NCBI GenBank assembly: GCA_051892935.1
Contig: JBJFGS010000024.1
Span: 87,181 to 151,180, forward strand
Direction of reading: 5' to 3'
Source of the DNA: Candidatus Coprovivens sp.
GTDB lineage: Bacteria; Bacillota_I; Bacilli_A; RF39; UBA660
DNA: 64,000 nt
Part shown: piece after piece, positions 11,457-21,793 of the stretch
Position numbering within the stretch: the first letter of the stretch is position 1
How the letters are laid out: every line of letters starts with the position of its first letter
The notes under the pieces: generated by a model
Told to the model about the DNA's origin: nothing
Databases searched by the model: none
What the model saw: the letters and a program-made list of their open reading frames with translations, nothing else
Position numbers and translations under genes: made by a program

Positions 11457-12287
11457 CTATTTTTTCTTACGACTAACAATTAGCTTGCTAGATTTTTTCT
11501 TGCTACTACGAGTCTTAACACCCATAGCTTTTTTGCCCCATGGAGTCATTGGTGCTTTACGTCCTACTGGAGTACGTCCTTCTCCACCACCATGTGGGTG
11601 GTCGTTAGGGTTCATTACAGAACCACGGTTTGTTGGTCTTATACCTAAGTGACGAGTACGACCTGCTTTTCCCCAGTTTACTAGTTCGTAGTCTTCATTT
11701 CCAACTACTCCAATTGTTGCCATACAAGTTCCTAGAACTTTTCTTGTTTCACCAGATTGTAGTCTGATTAATACATATTTATCTTCACGACCTAATATTT
11801 GAGCGCTTGTTCCAGCTGCACGACATAGTGCTGCCCCTTTACCAGGTTGTAGCTCTATACAATGTATTGTTGTACCTACTGGGATATTTGCAAGCGGTAA
11901 TGCGTTACCAACTTTGATATCTGCTTCAGGCCCATTTTCAACAATAGCACCAACTGTTAAATCTTTTGGAGCGATGATATATCTTTTTTCACCATCTCTA
12001 TAGTTTAATAATGCGATATTTGCATTACGATTTGGATCGTATTCAATAGTTGCTACTCTAGCAGTAACTCCAACTTTATCTCTTTTAAAATCGATAACTC
12101 TGTATTTTTGTTTTGCTCCTCCACCAATGTGGCGAACTGTCATTTTTCCTTGGTTATTTCTTCCACCTGTTTTAGTTTTTGAAACAACTAAAGTTTTTTC
12201 AGGAGTTGAAGTAGTTATTTCGCTATTAGCTAGTGTAGTCATTCCACGACGACCATTTGTTGTAGCTTTATATGATTTAATTGCCAT
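11457..12287 (-). CDS. rplB: 50S ribosomal protein L2
   Basis: [20 protein letters not shown]. Confidence 0.99.
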   Translation of the reverse strand: MAIKSYKATTNGRRGMTTLANSEITTSTPEKTLVVSKTKTGGRNNQGKMTVRHIGGGAKQKYRVIDFKRDKVGVTARVATIEYDPNRNANIALLNYRDGEKRYIIAPKDLTVGAIVENGPEADIKVGNALPLANIPVGTTIHCIELQPGKGAALCRAAGTSAQILGREDKYVLIRLQSGETRKVLGTCMATIGVVGNEDYELVNWGKAGRTRHLGIRPTNRGSVMNPNDHPHGGGEGRTPVGRKAPMTPWGKKAMGVKTRSSKKKSSKLIVSRKKK

Positions 12288-12305
12288 AATTTCTTCTCTC
12301 CTTTA

Positions 12306-12581
12306 CTATAATTCTATTTTTTCGCCATCAGCTAATGTGATGTACGCTTTTTTGTATGTCTTAGTTTTTCCTGTATATCTTCCAACTCTTTTTGCTTTTG
12401 ATTTTGTATTAGCTGTATTTACTTTAACAACTTTTACGCCAAATGCTTCTTCGATAGCTTTTTTGATTTCTATCTTATTTGCTTCTGATGCAACTTTGAA
12501 AGTGTATACATTGTTTTCTGCTTGAATTGCAGCTTTTTCTGTAATTACAGGTGCTATTATAATATCAGTATAATCTTTCAT
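12306..12581 (-). CDS. rplW: 50S ribosomal protein L23
   Basis: PVITEK, KKAYITL. Confidence 0.98.
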   Translation of the reverse strand: MKDYTDIIIAPVITEKAAIQAENNVYTFKVASEANKIEIKKAIEEAFGVKVVKVNTANTKSKAKRVGRYTGKTKTYKKAYITLADGEKIEL

Positions 12582-13204
12582 TATTTAAGTCCCCCTTCAA
12601 TTACTTCTATTGCTTTTTCATCTAGTACAACGATGTCAGCATTTACTAGGTCATAGCAGTTAATTTCATTAGCATTTATGTTATATGCATAACCTAAATT
12701 TCTGCTTGCCATATATAAATTTTCATTATCTTCGCCAGTTACAAATAAAACTTTACCAGTTAAGTTTAATGTTGCCATTATGTCTTTAACAGCTTTAGTT
12801 TTTAATGTATCTAATACGATTGAATCAACTACTACTAATTCTTTATCTTGGAATTTGTGAGTTAGTGCACTCTTAAGAGCAAGAGCTCTTTCTTTCTTAT
12901 TCATATCGAATGTGTAATCTCTTGGAGTAACTCCACCAACGATTCCACCACCACGCCATTGTGTTGCTCTAATAGAACCTTGACGAGCTCTACCAGTTCC
13001 TTTTTGTCTCCATGGTTTTCTTCCACCACCAGATACTTCTGAACGTGTTTTAGTTTTTGCAGTTCCTTGTCTTGTTGCAGCCAATTGTAAATCAATTGCT
13101 TTTTTTAGAACAATATCATTTGTTTCAATATTCCATACATTATCAGCTAATGTTATATCTTTTAGTTTTTCACCTTTAATATTAATTAATTGTATCTTTG
13201 CCAT
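12581..13204 (-). CDS. rplD: 50S ribosomal protein L4
   Basis: [19 protein letters not shown]. Confidence 0.99.
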   Translation of the reverse strand: MAKIQLINIKGEKLKDITLADNVWNIETNDIVLKKAIDLQLAATRQGTAKTKTRSEVSGGGRKPWRQKGTGRARQGSIRATQWRGGGIVGGVTPRDYTFDMNKKERALALKSALTHKFQDKELVVVDSIVLDTLKTKAVKDIMATLNLTGKVLFVTGEDNENLYMASRNLGYAYNINANEINCYDLVNADIVVLDEKAIEVIEGGLK

Positions 13205-13227
13205 ATTAGATCACCTTTCTAAGTAAA

Positions 13228-13986
13228 TTACTTACTTTCTCCTTGGTTTTCTTCTGTAGCTTCTACCACTTCAGTTGTTTCTTCTGCAACTTCTGTATTT
13301 TCTACAACTTCATCAGCAACTGTTTCTGAAGTATATGTTAATACTTCTTTTGGTTCAGCAGAACCGTCTTTCTTAACAGCTGTTTTGATTAAAACTAAAG
13401 ATTGTTTAGCTCCTGGAATATTTCCACTAACTAAGATATAATTTTCTGCAGCATTTACTTCGATAATTTCTAGATTTTGGATTGTTGTTGTTTCAACACC
13501 CATATGTCCAGGTAAATTTTTACCTTTAAGAACGTGCATTGGTCTCATTGTACCCATTGAGCCAGGTCCTCTATGATAACGTGAACCATGTGTCATAGGT
13601 CCTCTTGTTTGATTCCAACGTTTGATTACACCTTCAGTACCTTTACCTTTACTAGTACCTGTTACGTCAACATATTCACCAGCAGTGAAAACGTCAGCGC
13701 CAATTGTATCTCCTAAGTTATAAGTACCTTCGTAATCACGAATTTCTTTTAAGTAGCGCTTAGGAGTTGTGTTTGCTTTTTTAGCATGACCAATACTAGC
13801 TTTGCTAGCATTTTTTTCTTTCTTGTCAACTGTAGCTAATTGAATAGCATTGTATCCGTCAGTTTCAACGGTTTTAACTTGAGTTACAACGTTTGGTTCA
13901 ACTGATACAACTGTTACAGGAACAAGTTTTCCATCTTTTGTGAAGACTTGAGTCATTCCGACTTTACGTCCTAAGATTCCTTTCAT
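13228..13986 (-). CDS. rplC: 50S ribosomal protein L3 with acidic C-terminal extension
   Basis: [29 protein letters not shown]. Confidence 0.99.
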   Translation of the reverse strand: MKGILGRKVGMTQVFTKDGKLVPVTVVSVEPNVVTQVKTVETDGYNAIQLATVDKKEKNASKASIGHAKKANTTPKRYLKEIRDYEGTYNLGDTIGADVFTAGEYVDVTGTSKGKGTEGVIKRWNQTRGPMTHGSRYHRGPGSMGTMRPMHVLKGKNLPGHMGVETTTIQNLEIIEVNAAENYILVSGNIPGAKQSLVLIKTAVKKDGSAEPKEVLTYTSETVADEVVENTEVAEETTEVVEATEENQGESK

Positions 13987-14010
13987 CTCTTTACCTCCGT
14001 ATATTTTTTA

Positions 14011-14316
14011 TTATTTTATGTTAATAGCAACGCCACTTGGAATATCTAAGTGAGCTAGAGCTTCAACAGTTTCTTTTGTTGGGTTTTTAATATCTATTAG
14101 TCTCTTATGAGTACGACTTTCAAATTGTTCTCTAGAGTCTTTATATTTATGTACAGCTCTTAGTACAGTAATCTTTTCTACATCAGTAGGTAGAGGTACT
14201 GGACCAACAACTTCTCCCCCAGTTCTTTTAACAGTTTCAACTATTTTTCCGCAAGCTGTGTCTAATAATCTATGATCATAAGCTTTTAGAGTAATACGAA
14301 CTTTGTTACTTGACAT
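14011..14316 (-). CDS. rpsJ: 30S ribosomal protein S10
   Basis: [23 protein letters not shown]. Confidence 0.99.
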   Translation of the reverse strand: MSSNKVRITLKAYDHRLLDTACGKIVETVKRTGGEVVGPVPLPTDVEKITVLRAVHKYKDSREQFESRTHKRLIDIKNPTKETVEALAHLDIPSGVAINIK

Positions 14317-14324
14317 TTTATGTC

Positions 14325-14440
14325 CTCCCTTCGTCTATATCTAGTATAGACTCGCTCCGTGTGAATTACCCGATGCTTTTTTGATAAGTTTTTAACAACT
14401 TCTCCTAGTGTATCGGCAACCTCCCACATCTACGCAGTCA
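14325..14440 (-). promoter_or_regulatory. Conserved Firmicutes S10-operon 5' leader RNA
   Basis: Minus strand reads gatgtgggaggttgccgatacac...cacacggagcgagtctatactagatatagacgaagggagg, resembling from memory the Bacillus rpsJ leader (gatgtgagaggttgctgacacac...ctcacggag...gtcta...). Confidence 0.7.
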
Positions 14441-14450
14441 TACAATTTCC

Positions 14451-14478
14451 ATTATAGCATGTTTTGCCTTAAAATCAA
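14451..14478 (-). promoter_or_regulatory. Sigma-A promoter of the S10 operon
   Basis: TTGATT-16 bp-TATAAT with extended -10 TG, directly upstream of the leader. Confidence 0.7.
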
Positions 14479-14527
14479 GTAAAAATTAGCTTTTTTTCAA
14501 AAAAAAATAAAAATCATCTTAGGACTT

Positions 14528-16033
14528 TTATTTTTTTGTTATTAAAATATCTGTATTTTTCATTTCTTTTGGGATGGCTATGTCCATATATTTTAATAGT
14601 GTTGGTGCAAAACTCATAAGGCTTCCGTTCTCTAGTTTTATTTTTGGATCCATTATAATAAAAGGAACTGGAGACAAAGTGTTTTTAGTTACTATATTAT
14701 TTTGTCTGTCTATTATTGTATCTGCTTTTGAGTGACTAGATGTAATTACAACTTTATAGAAGTTTTCTTCTGCTACTTCAATTATTTTACCAAGACATAC
14801 ATCGATGGCTTGTAATCCGTTTATTGTAGCTTGATAATTACCTGTATGGCCTACTTCATCCGGATTAGCGAAATTAACTATTATAAAATCGTAATCTTTT
14901 TCCATACATTTTATCGCCGTTTTTGCTATTGATAAAGAATCCATTTCTGGTTTTATGTCAAAACTATCTACGTTCTGGCTTGCTATATTATACACATCAC
15001 ATCCTTCTAGTGATTTGTATTTATCACCTTGCAAGTGGTAATTCATTGATGGGGCTTTTATACTTTCATATATATGAGCTTGGCTCAATCCAAGTTCAGA
15101 TATATATTCTGTTAGTGTATGATTGTATATTTTGTTTTCTAAAAAGTAATTATTATTTAAATCTTTATCAATTTCAAATAAACTATAAAATAAGATTTCT
15201 TGTGGATAGGTATTGAACTCTATGAAGTCTTTATTGCAAATAGAGTTTAATAATTGTACCTGATTGTTTTTACTATAGTTTAATGTTATAAAGACATCGT
15301 TTGAATTAAATGGTTCGAACGAGATTGTCTTTATGGGTGGTAAATATTCATCAGATAATTTTTTTTCATAACATTTTTCAATTACTCTAGGTAGATTTTT
15401 AGCATCTACTCCACGACCGCTAAATAATAAATCATAATACATTTTAGTTCTTTTATAGTCCTTAGTTTCATCTAAAGCATAGTATCTTCCACATATTGAT
15501 GATAGTTTAACGTTTCCAACTATAATGTTGTCTATTTCATTTATGTATTTTTTTATTGACCATTTATCAGAATCACGACCGTCAGCTATTGCATGAATGT
15601 GAATATCGTTTGTAATACGACTTCTTGATAGTTCGTTTAAAAAACTTTTCAAGTGATTAATATGGGATGATACTCCTCCATCTGATAGAAGTATTGAAAT
15701 ATGTATTTTATTGTTTGGGTGTTTTTTTAGATATTCTATTAACTCGTTGTATTTATGATTATATTTTAGATTATCTTTACGGAATTCACTATTTATATCA
15801 TTTAATTTATTAGATATTTCTCGACCTGCTCCTATTATTTTATGACCAAGTTCGCTTGAGCTGCATTGTTTTTCAGGAAGCCCTACAGCTAAGCCATTAG
15901 CTTTTAATAAGCAATGTGGATAGTTATTCCATATATTTATAAAATTATTCATTCCTGCGTTTTTTATCGCATTTCCATATATATCTTCTCGCATACCAAA
16001 ACCATCTAATATAATTGTTATTATTTTCTTCAT
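14528..16033 (-). CDS. gpmI: Cofactor-independent phosphoglycerate mutase homolog with degenerate active site
   Basis: ILDGFG, SELGH, DGRD, GRYYA and NFANPDEVGHTG are present; several catalytic residues are substituted (see findings). Confidence 0.85.
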   Translation of the reverse strand: MKKIITIILDGFGMREDIYGNAIKNAGMNNFINIWNNYPHCLLKANGLAVGLPEKQCSSSELGHKIIGAGREISNKLNDINSEFRKDNLKYNHKYNELIEYLKKHPNNKIHISILLSDGGVSSHINHLKSFLNELSRSRITNDIHIHAIADGRDSDKWSIKKYINEIDNIIVGNVKLSSICGRYYALDETKDYKRTKMYYDLLFSGRGVDAKNLPRVIEKCYEKKLSDEYLPPIKTISFEPFNSNDVFITLNYSKNNQVQLLNSICNKDFIEFNTYPQEILFYSLFEIDKDLNNNYFLENKIYNHTLTEYISELGLSQAHIYESIKAPSMNYHLQGDKYKSLEGCDVYNIASQNVDSFDIKPEMDSLSIAKTAIKCMEKDYDFIIVNFANPDEVGHTGNYQATINGLQAIDVCLGKIIEVAEENFYKVVITSSHSKADTIIDRQNNIVTKNTLSPVPFIIMDPKIKLENGSLMSFAPTLLKYMDIAIPKEMKNTDILITKK

Positions 16034-16069
16034 AGGCAATTCTCCCATTTACATAATAGCATATAAAAA

Positions 16070-16101
16070 AAAGAAATTACAAGGTTGTCTTGTAATTTCT
16101 T
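16070..16101 (-). terminator. Intrinsic terminator after the spo0A-like gene
   Basis: aagaaattacaag...cttgtaatttctt inverted repeat with a T run on the minus strand. Confidence 0.7.
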
Positions 16102-16105
16102 GGTA

Positions 16106-16876
16106 TTAATAAGAGGTTCTACCTTCTTCCATCATTATTTTATCAACTATTATAGCTATGAATTCTCCATTAGTTGGTTTTGTTTTATTATAGTAATCAA
16201 CACAATTTTTAAATAATTCGTTTGAGTATTCATAATCTCCTCTATCCCATCCTGTTTCAATTGCACTTCTTATTGATCGTTCTATGCAACTTTCTTTTTT
16301 ACAAAATGATTCTGCTAACATTGGGTATATCTCTTTGGTTATAGATGTTAATAAAGATGGTTCTAAGTAACATTCATATATTGCTTTTCTTAAATAATGA
16401 AATCCATTTTTATCTGGAGCAATGCCAAGATTTTTAAGTATTTCGGCAACTTTATCATATATCGATATTTTTTGAAAGTTATATTTTTCTTTCTTTTTTC
16501 TGATTTCTTTTAGAGAATAGATAAGTTCATTCATTTTATAATTTTTAGGTATGACATTAAATATTTGATAATTTGAAGATGCTAAATTATAACAATCTAG
16601 TTTTATATTATCAATTATAATAGTTCTAGATAATAATACTTCATTACTATAATTTGTTAAAAGGTTAAGAATATTTTCTCCTTTTAATGTTCCATCTATT
16701 ATAATTGCATCTAATTCTAATGATTTATCATTTATTATGTTTAAAGCATCTTTGTAATTATCTGCAGAGTACTTAATAACTATTTCAGTAGATAATCTGC
16801 TAACTTCTTCCTTCATTTTCTTTACATCATCATTACTACAGACTACTAATATATTAATGTTATTTTTCATTTTCAT
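16106..16876 (-). CDS. spo0A: Spo0A-family regulator (divergent receiver domain plus Spo0A C-terminal DNA-binding domain)
   Basis: LGIAPDKNGFHYLRKAI, ITKEIYP, IERSIRSAIETGWDRG and KPTNGEFIA match the Spo0A_C signature. Confidence 0.8.
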   Translation of the reverse strand: MKMKNNINILVVCSNDDVKKMKEEVSRLSTEIVIKYSADNYKDALNIINDKSLELDAIIIDGTLKGENILNLLTNYSNEVLLSRTIIIDNIKLDCYNLASSNYQIFNVIPKNYKMNELIYSLKEIRKKKEKYNFQKISIYDKVAEILKNLGIAPDKNGFHYLRKAIYECYLEPSLLTSITKEIYPMLAESFCKKESCIERSIRSAIETGWDRGDYEYSNELFKNCVDYYNKTKPTNGEFIAIIVDKIMMEEGRTSY

Positions 16877-16918
16877 ATCTCTTTCTATGTCTGTATTATA
16901 TAATTTATTTTTTTTAAT

Positions 16919-17680
16919 TTATGTATTATTTTGTCGATTTGATTTTTTCATTATTTTTTCGTAAATTGCAATAACATTATTGATATCTTTAGAACTTTCT
17001 CCTAAAACATATCCGTCTAAGTTATTAATAGTAATTAATTCGTCTATATTTTCTTCATTTATACTACCACCATATAATATTGGTAAATCTATATTATATT
17101 TTGTCAGTAATATTTCTTTTATAATTCTTATACTTTCGGAAATTTCTTCTATTGTTGGTGTTTTTCCACTACCTATAGCCCATATTGGTTCATATACAAT
17201 TATCATTTTTTCTCTTTTATAATCTGGCACTCTATCTATGATATGAGATAACTGTTTTTCTAAAGTAATACTAGTTAAGTTATATTGTCTTTGTTCAAAT
17301 GATTCGCCAATAAAATAAATTGGTCTTATGTGACTATGATAAGCTTTTTTTATTTTATCTATTATTGTTTGTTCTTCTTCTTTAAATAATTTTCTTCTTT
17401 CACTATGACCTATTAAAGCATACTGGACATTTAAAGATTGCAATTGCTCTGCTGTATTTTCTCCAGTATGAGCTCCATTTTCATATTTTGATATATCTTG
17501 ACTACCTAATTTATATGTTTCACTTTGAAATAAATATAAAAAAGGTGTTGATGGGCAAATAATTAGTTCAATATCATTGTCAAACGGAATCGCTAATAAT
17601 CCTTTTTCGTATTCTATGTATTCTTCTTTATTTTTATTTGCTTTTAAATTACATATTAAGTATTTTTTATTAGTTTTCAT
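16919..17680 (-). CDS. tpiA: Triosephosphate isomerase
   Basis: NLK, GAHTGE, IGHSERR, YEPIWAIG, YGGS. Confidence 0.95.
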   Translation of the reverse strand: MKTNKKYLICNLKANKNKEEYIEYEKGLLAIPFDNDIELIICPSTPFLYLFQSETYKLGSQDISKYENGAHTGENTAEQLQSLNVQYALIGHSERRKLFKEEEQTIIDKIKKAYHSHIRPIYFIGESFEQRQYNLTSITLEKQLSHIIDRVPDYKREKMIIVYEPIWAIGSGKTPTIEEISESIRIIKEILLTKYNIDLPILYGGSINEENIDELITINNLDGYVLGESSKDINNVIAIYEKIMKKSNRQNNT

Positions 17681-18860
17681 CTGGTATATTGTCAATAGCT
17701 GGAAGGCCCTCGTTAATAATATATTCTAATGTTGCTCCTCCACCCGTTGAAAGAAAAGAGAATTTTTCAGCTAAATTAAAATGCTTAGTGGCGCTAACGC
17801 CATCTCCTCCACCAACTACTTTTATAGCTTTGCTATTCGCAATGTTTTCTAATAATTCTCTTGTTCCTGTTGCGAAACGAATGTCTTCATATTTCCCTGC
17901 TGTACCATTTACAAATATTGTTTTAGAAGAGTTTATGATTTCTTTATATTTATTTATTGTTTTTATACCAATATCAAATATTACATCATCATCATTTACT
18001 TTATCGATGTTAACATGTTCAATAAAAGCATCATTATATACTCTACTTATAATAGCATCAACTGGTAACATAATTTTGTCTTTGTATTGGATTAGAATTT
18101 CTTTTATTCTAGATAATACTTCTGGATCCTTAGTTCTTAGTGAGTTACCAACATTGAAACCTAATGTTGCTAAGCATGAGTTGGCTATTCCGCCTGTTAA
18201 TAATAAATGGTCACATCGAGGTAGAAGTTTTTCGATTAATTCAACTTTGTCTTCTACTTTTGCTCCGCCCATTACTATCGTAAATGGTTTTTCAGCGTTT
18301 AATACATATTGATCTAACATACTTACTTCATGTTGAACTAAGTATCCTATACAACTTGGCAAGTATTTTGCGACACCATATGTTGATGCGTGTTTACGAT
18401 GTGAAGAACCAAACGCATCTAAGCAGAATATATCAGCTAGACCAGCCCAATACATTGCTAGTTGGGTATCATTACCACTTTCCAGCTTATTTGGTACGTC
18501 TTCAAAGCGAGTATTTTCTAGTACAATTATTTCTCCAGGATTCATATTAGCTATTTTAGCTTCTAGGTATAGGCTTCTTGGTTGTCTTGAGAATATTACT
18601 TTAGTGTTTACTAATTTTTGTAAATGAGCTGCTATTGGTGCTAAAGAGTTATTTGCTTTGTCTTCTTCGGTTTTTACTTTTCCAAAATGAGACATTATTA
18701 TTATTTTAGCCCCCTCTTTTACTAAGTAATCTATAGTGTTTAAAGATGCTACTATTTTACTGTCATCTAGTATTTGACCATCTTTTACTGGTACATTGAA
18801 ATCACATCTTAAAAGCACTCTTTTATTTCGTACATCCATATCTTGAATTCTTTTTTTCAT
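17670..18860 (-). CDS. pgk: Phosphoglycerate kinase
   Basis: DFNVP, LENTRF, DAFGSSHR, GGAKV, STGGGA. Confidence 0.97.
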   Translation of the reverse strand: MKKRIQDMDVRNKRVLLRCDFNVPVKDGQILDDSKIVASLNTIDYLVKEGAKIIIMSHFGKVKTEEDKANNSLAPIAAHLQKLVNTKVIFSRQPRSLYLEAKIANMNPGEIIVLENTRFEDVPNKLESGNDTQLAMYWAGLADIFCLDAFGSSHRKHASTYGVAKYLPSCIGYLVQHEVSMLDQYVLNAEKPFTIVMGGAKVEDKVELIEKLLPRCDHLLLTGGIANSCLATLGFNVGNSLRTKDPEVLSRIKEILIQYKDKIMLPVDAIISRVYNDAFIEHVNIDKVNDDDVIFDIGIKTINKYKEIINSSKTIFVNGTAGKYEDIRFATGTRELLENIANSKAIKVVGGGDGVSATKHFNLAEKFSFLSTGGGATLEYIINEGLPAIDNIPDEN

Positions 18861-18929
18861 ATCATCACCATTATTATTATAAAATATCTTGCTTTCTTGT
18901 TCAATTTTTTTTATAAATTTTTTTATAAT

Positions 18930-18955
18930 AAAAGGATGTCTTTTGACATCCTTTT
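18930..18955 (-). terminator. Intrinsic terminator after gap
   Basis: aaaaggatgtc-tttt-gacatcctttt hairpin. Confidence 0.75.
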
Positions 18956-18956
18956 A

Positions 18957-19970
18957 TTATTTTTCTATATTCATTAATTTTTTTGCTGTACGCATCATTT
19001 GAGCAGTGTATCCCATTTCGTTGTCATACCAAGCAATTATTTTTACTAGTTGTCTACCATCTGATTCAAGAACACTTGTAGATAGACCGTCAACTAATGC
19101 CCCTACTTTTTTACCTAGGACGTCGCTTGATACTATTGGATCCATAGTTATTTTTAATGATTCGTTTTGATTGTTAGTAAACAATGTGTTGATTTCTTCA
19201 ACTGAGGTATTTCTAGTTAATTCTAAAGTGACATCTACTACTGAACCATCTGGAACTGGTACACGGAAAGCATTTCCATCCATTTTTCCTAATAAACTTG
19301 GGATTACTTTACCAATAGCACTTGCTGCACCTGTAGATGCTGGTACTATATTCATTGCACATGCACGCCCACGACGAGCTTTTATTCCTTTTTTATGTGG
19401 AACATCTAGTGTTGCTTGGTCGTTTGTATAGGCATGAACAGTTGTCATATATCCTTTTACAATTCCTATATTATCCTCTATAACTTTTAACACTGGTGCT
19501 AAACAGTTAGTAGTACATGATGCTGCTGAAATAACTGTTTCTGTTCCATCTAAAGTATCTGAGTTTACATTGTATACTATTGTTTTCATTTCTCCTTTTC
19601 CAGGGGCTGATATTATTACTTTTTTAGCTCCGGCTTCGATATGTTTAGAAGCTCCTTCTAAATCTGTAAATGCTCCTGTGCACTCTAAGACAACATCTAT
19701 ACCTAATTCTCCCCATGGTAATAGAGCTGGATCTTTTTCAGAGTATACTTTTATTCTTTTTGTACCCTTTATTATTATTTCATCGCCTTCGAAATTTATA
19801 ATATCCTCATGAAATGAGCGATGATTAGTATCGTATTTTAGTAAATATGCTAATGTTTCTGCATCTGTTAAATCGTTGATTGCAACGATATCAAAATCGC
19901 TTCCTGTAATCATTTCTCTGAATGCTAGTCTTCCAATTCGACCAAAACCGTTAATTGCTACTTTTATCAT
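18957..19970 (-). CDS. gap: Glyceraldehyde-3-phosphate dehydrogenase
   Basis: INGFGRIGR, ASCTTNCLAP, WYDNE. Confidence 0.99.
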   Translation of the reverse strand: MIKVAINGFGRIGRLAFREMITGSDFDIVAINDLTDAETLAYLLKYDTNHRSFHEDIINFEGDEIIIKGTKRIKVYSEKDPALLPWGELGIDVVLECTGAFTDLEGASKHIEAGAKKVIISAPGKGEMKTIVYNVNSDTLDGTETVISAASCTTNCLAPVLKVIEDNIGIVKGYMTTVHAYTNDQATLDVPHKKGIKARRGRACAMNIVPASTGAASAIGKVIPSLLGKMDGNAFRVPVPDGSVVDVTLELTRNTSVEEINTLFTNNQNESLKITMDPIVSSDVLGKKVGALVDGLSTSVLESDGRQLVKIIAWYDNEMGYTAQMMRTAKKLMNIEK

Positions 19971-19987
19971 TTTTTATTCCTCTTTTT

Positions 19988-21658
19988 CTAATTATAATTT
20001 TCAAATATACTTTTACCTATAAATTCACGTAATACAGATTCTTCTGGAACATAATCAGAAGGTATAGGGTAGAATCCACGAAGATTATTAATCAATCTTC
20101 TTGCTTGATTATATGCTGGGTGATCTGCTTTTACTGAATATAATAGTGGTTCAACAAATACTTTTAGTACACCAACTTCATATACTAAAGAGGTGTTAAC
20201 TATTTTATCTATATTATTAATATAAGGATAGATATGTTTTTCTTCTCCACTACGAACTGTTTGCCAATATGTAATGGTATTTCCAACATCTGTTGCACGA
20301 GTTCTATTATCTCTTACTATTCGGCGAAGTAATCTTAAATCAGTTGTTGAAACATAGTTGTGTCTATCTATATTCAATGGAATGAATGGACTTAGATATA
20401 CTTTATATTTTAATTCAGGATTTAAGTCTGGAGTCATTGCATCATTTATACAATGTAATCCTTCCATTAGAATAATAGCATTTTCTCCTAATTTTATAGG
20501 TTCGTTGTTATATTCTTTTTCTCCTGTTATAAAGTTATATTCCGGTAAGCTAACCTTTTTACCAGATATTAATTCTTTTAAATGTTTATTAAGCAATTTT
20601 AAATCTAATGCCTCTAGGCATTCGAAATCATAATTTCCATCTGCATCTTTTGGAGAGTCAACTTTGTTTTTAAAATAATTATCTACAGAGATAACAAGTA
20701 CTTCATATCCTCTACTTCTTAATTGAAGAGCAATCTTTTTAGTAGTTGTAGTTTTACCAGATGATGATGGACCTGCTATTAGAACATATTTTGATTTTTT
20801 CTTGATTATGTCATTAGCTAACTCATGTAATTGATTTTCATAATTCATTTCAATTATTTTTATTAGATTTTCTATTTTACAATCAGATATTACTTTATTT
20901 AAATCTGATAGATAAGGAATTTCTAAAGATTTAAGCCATTTTTTTCCTTCATCAAAACATTTGATTACATTTTGATAATGAATATATTCTGGTACTTTGA
21001 ACTTAGAATTAGGTGATGGGAATAATAGTACTAGTTTATTATCTCCTAAGAATACTAAGTCATATTGTTTTAAGCATCCAGTTGAATAAGGCATGTCTGA
21101 ATAAAAATAATTAATATAGTTACGTAGTTTATGAACTGTTACAATTTTATTTGTAAGGTTGTGGATATTTTCTGCTTTTTCCACAGCTTTAACTTTTTTG
21201 TAATAGTTTACTGCTTCTGATTTTTCAACATTTAAATCATATATTCTTTCATCGCCAGCAATTATTTCGTTCATCTTTGTTTTTAATTTTTTTGCATCAT
21301 TAAGAGTAAATTTTTTATCACATGCGATAGTCATTAAAATACCATTAGCTATAGAATGTTCATATATTACTTCATATCCTTCGCCAAAAGTTTCTTTTAG
21401 TGCTACTTCAGTAACAAATTCTAAGCCATATTTGTTTATTTTGTAACCATCTGTACTCGTGATATCAATAAACTCTATTTTTGTTGCTTTATTAACTTTG
21501 GTATCCATTGGTACTACTTCACTATCGATAATTGCTCCCACTATGCTATATTTCATATTAGGTTGATAGATTTGACTAAGTTCGTAGATTGTTGTACCTT
21601 TTTCAATTTCAATTGTTGTTCCATCGTTAAAAGTTACATTTGTTCTATTTGTTGCCAT
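19988..21658 (-). CDS. Uridine/nucleoside kinase family protein with ThrRS-like (TGS) N-terminus
   Basis: P-loop AGPSSSGKTT, EGLH, RLLRRIVRD, SVLREFIG. Confidence 0.85.
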   Translation of the reverse strand: MATNRTNVTFNDGTTIEIEKGTTIYELSQIYQPNMKYSIVGAIIDSEVVPMDTKVNKATKIEFIDITSTDGYKINKYGLEFVTEVALKETFGEGYEVIYEHSIANGILMTIACDKKFTLNDAKKLKTKMNEIIAGDERIYDLNVEKSEAVNYYKKVKAVEKAENIHNLTNKIVTVHKLRNYINYFYSDMPYSTGCLKQYDLVFLGDNKLVLLFPSPNSKFKVPEYIHYQNVIKCFDEGKKWLKSLEIPYLSDLNKVISDCKIENLIKIIEMNYENQLHELANDIIKKKSKYVLIAGPSSSGKTTTTKKIALQLRSRGYEVLVISVDNYFKNKVDSPKDADGNYDFECLEALDLKLLNKHLKELISGKKVSLPEYNFITGEKEYNNEPIKLGENAIILMEGLHCINDAMTPDLNPELKYKVYLSPFIPLNIDRHNYVSTTDLRLLRRIVRDNRTRATDVGNTITYWQTVRSGEEKHIYPYINNIDKIVNTSLVYEVGVLKVFVEPLLYSVKADHPAYNQARRLINNLRGFYPIPSDYVPEESVLREFIGKSIFENYN

Positions 21659-21793
21659 AATATCCCTCTCTTATTCTAATGTAATTATACTATATAAAAT
21701 AATAAAATTGCATAAATTTTGATTTTATGAACTATTTTTGATATGTTTTATACATCTTTTAGATATGTTATAATTTATTTATGAGGTGGCTTT

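Noticed and set aside
16919-18860. Possible catalytic degeneration of tpiA and pgk like gpmI
   Set aside because: Key residues are retained (TPI Lys, His, Glu; PGK DFNVP, HR, GGAK, GGG); only peripheral substitutions are seen
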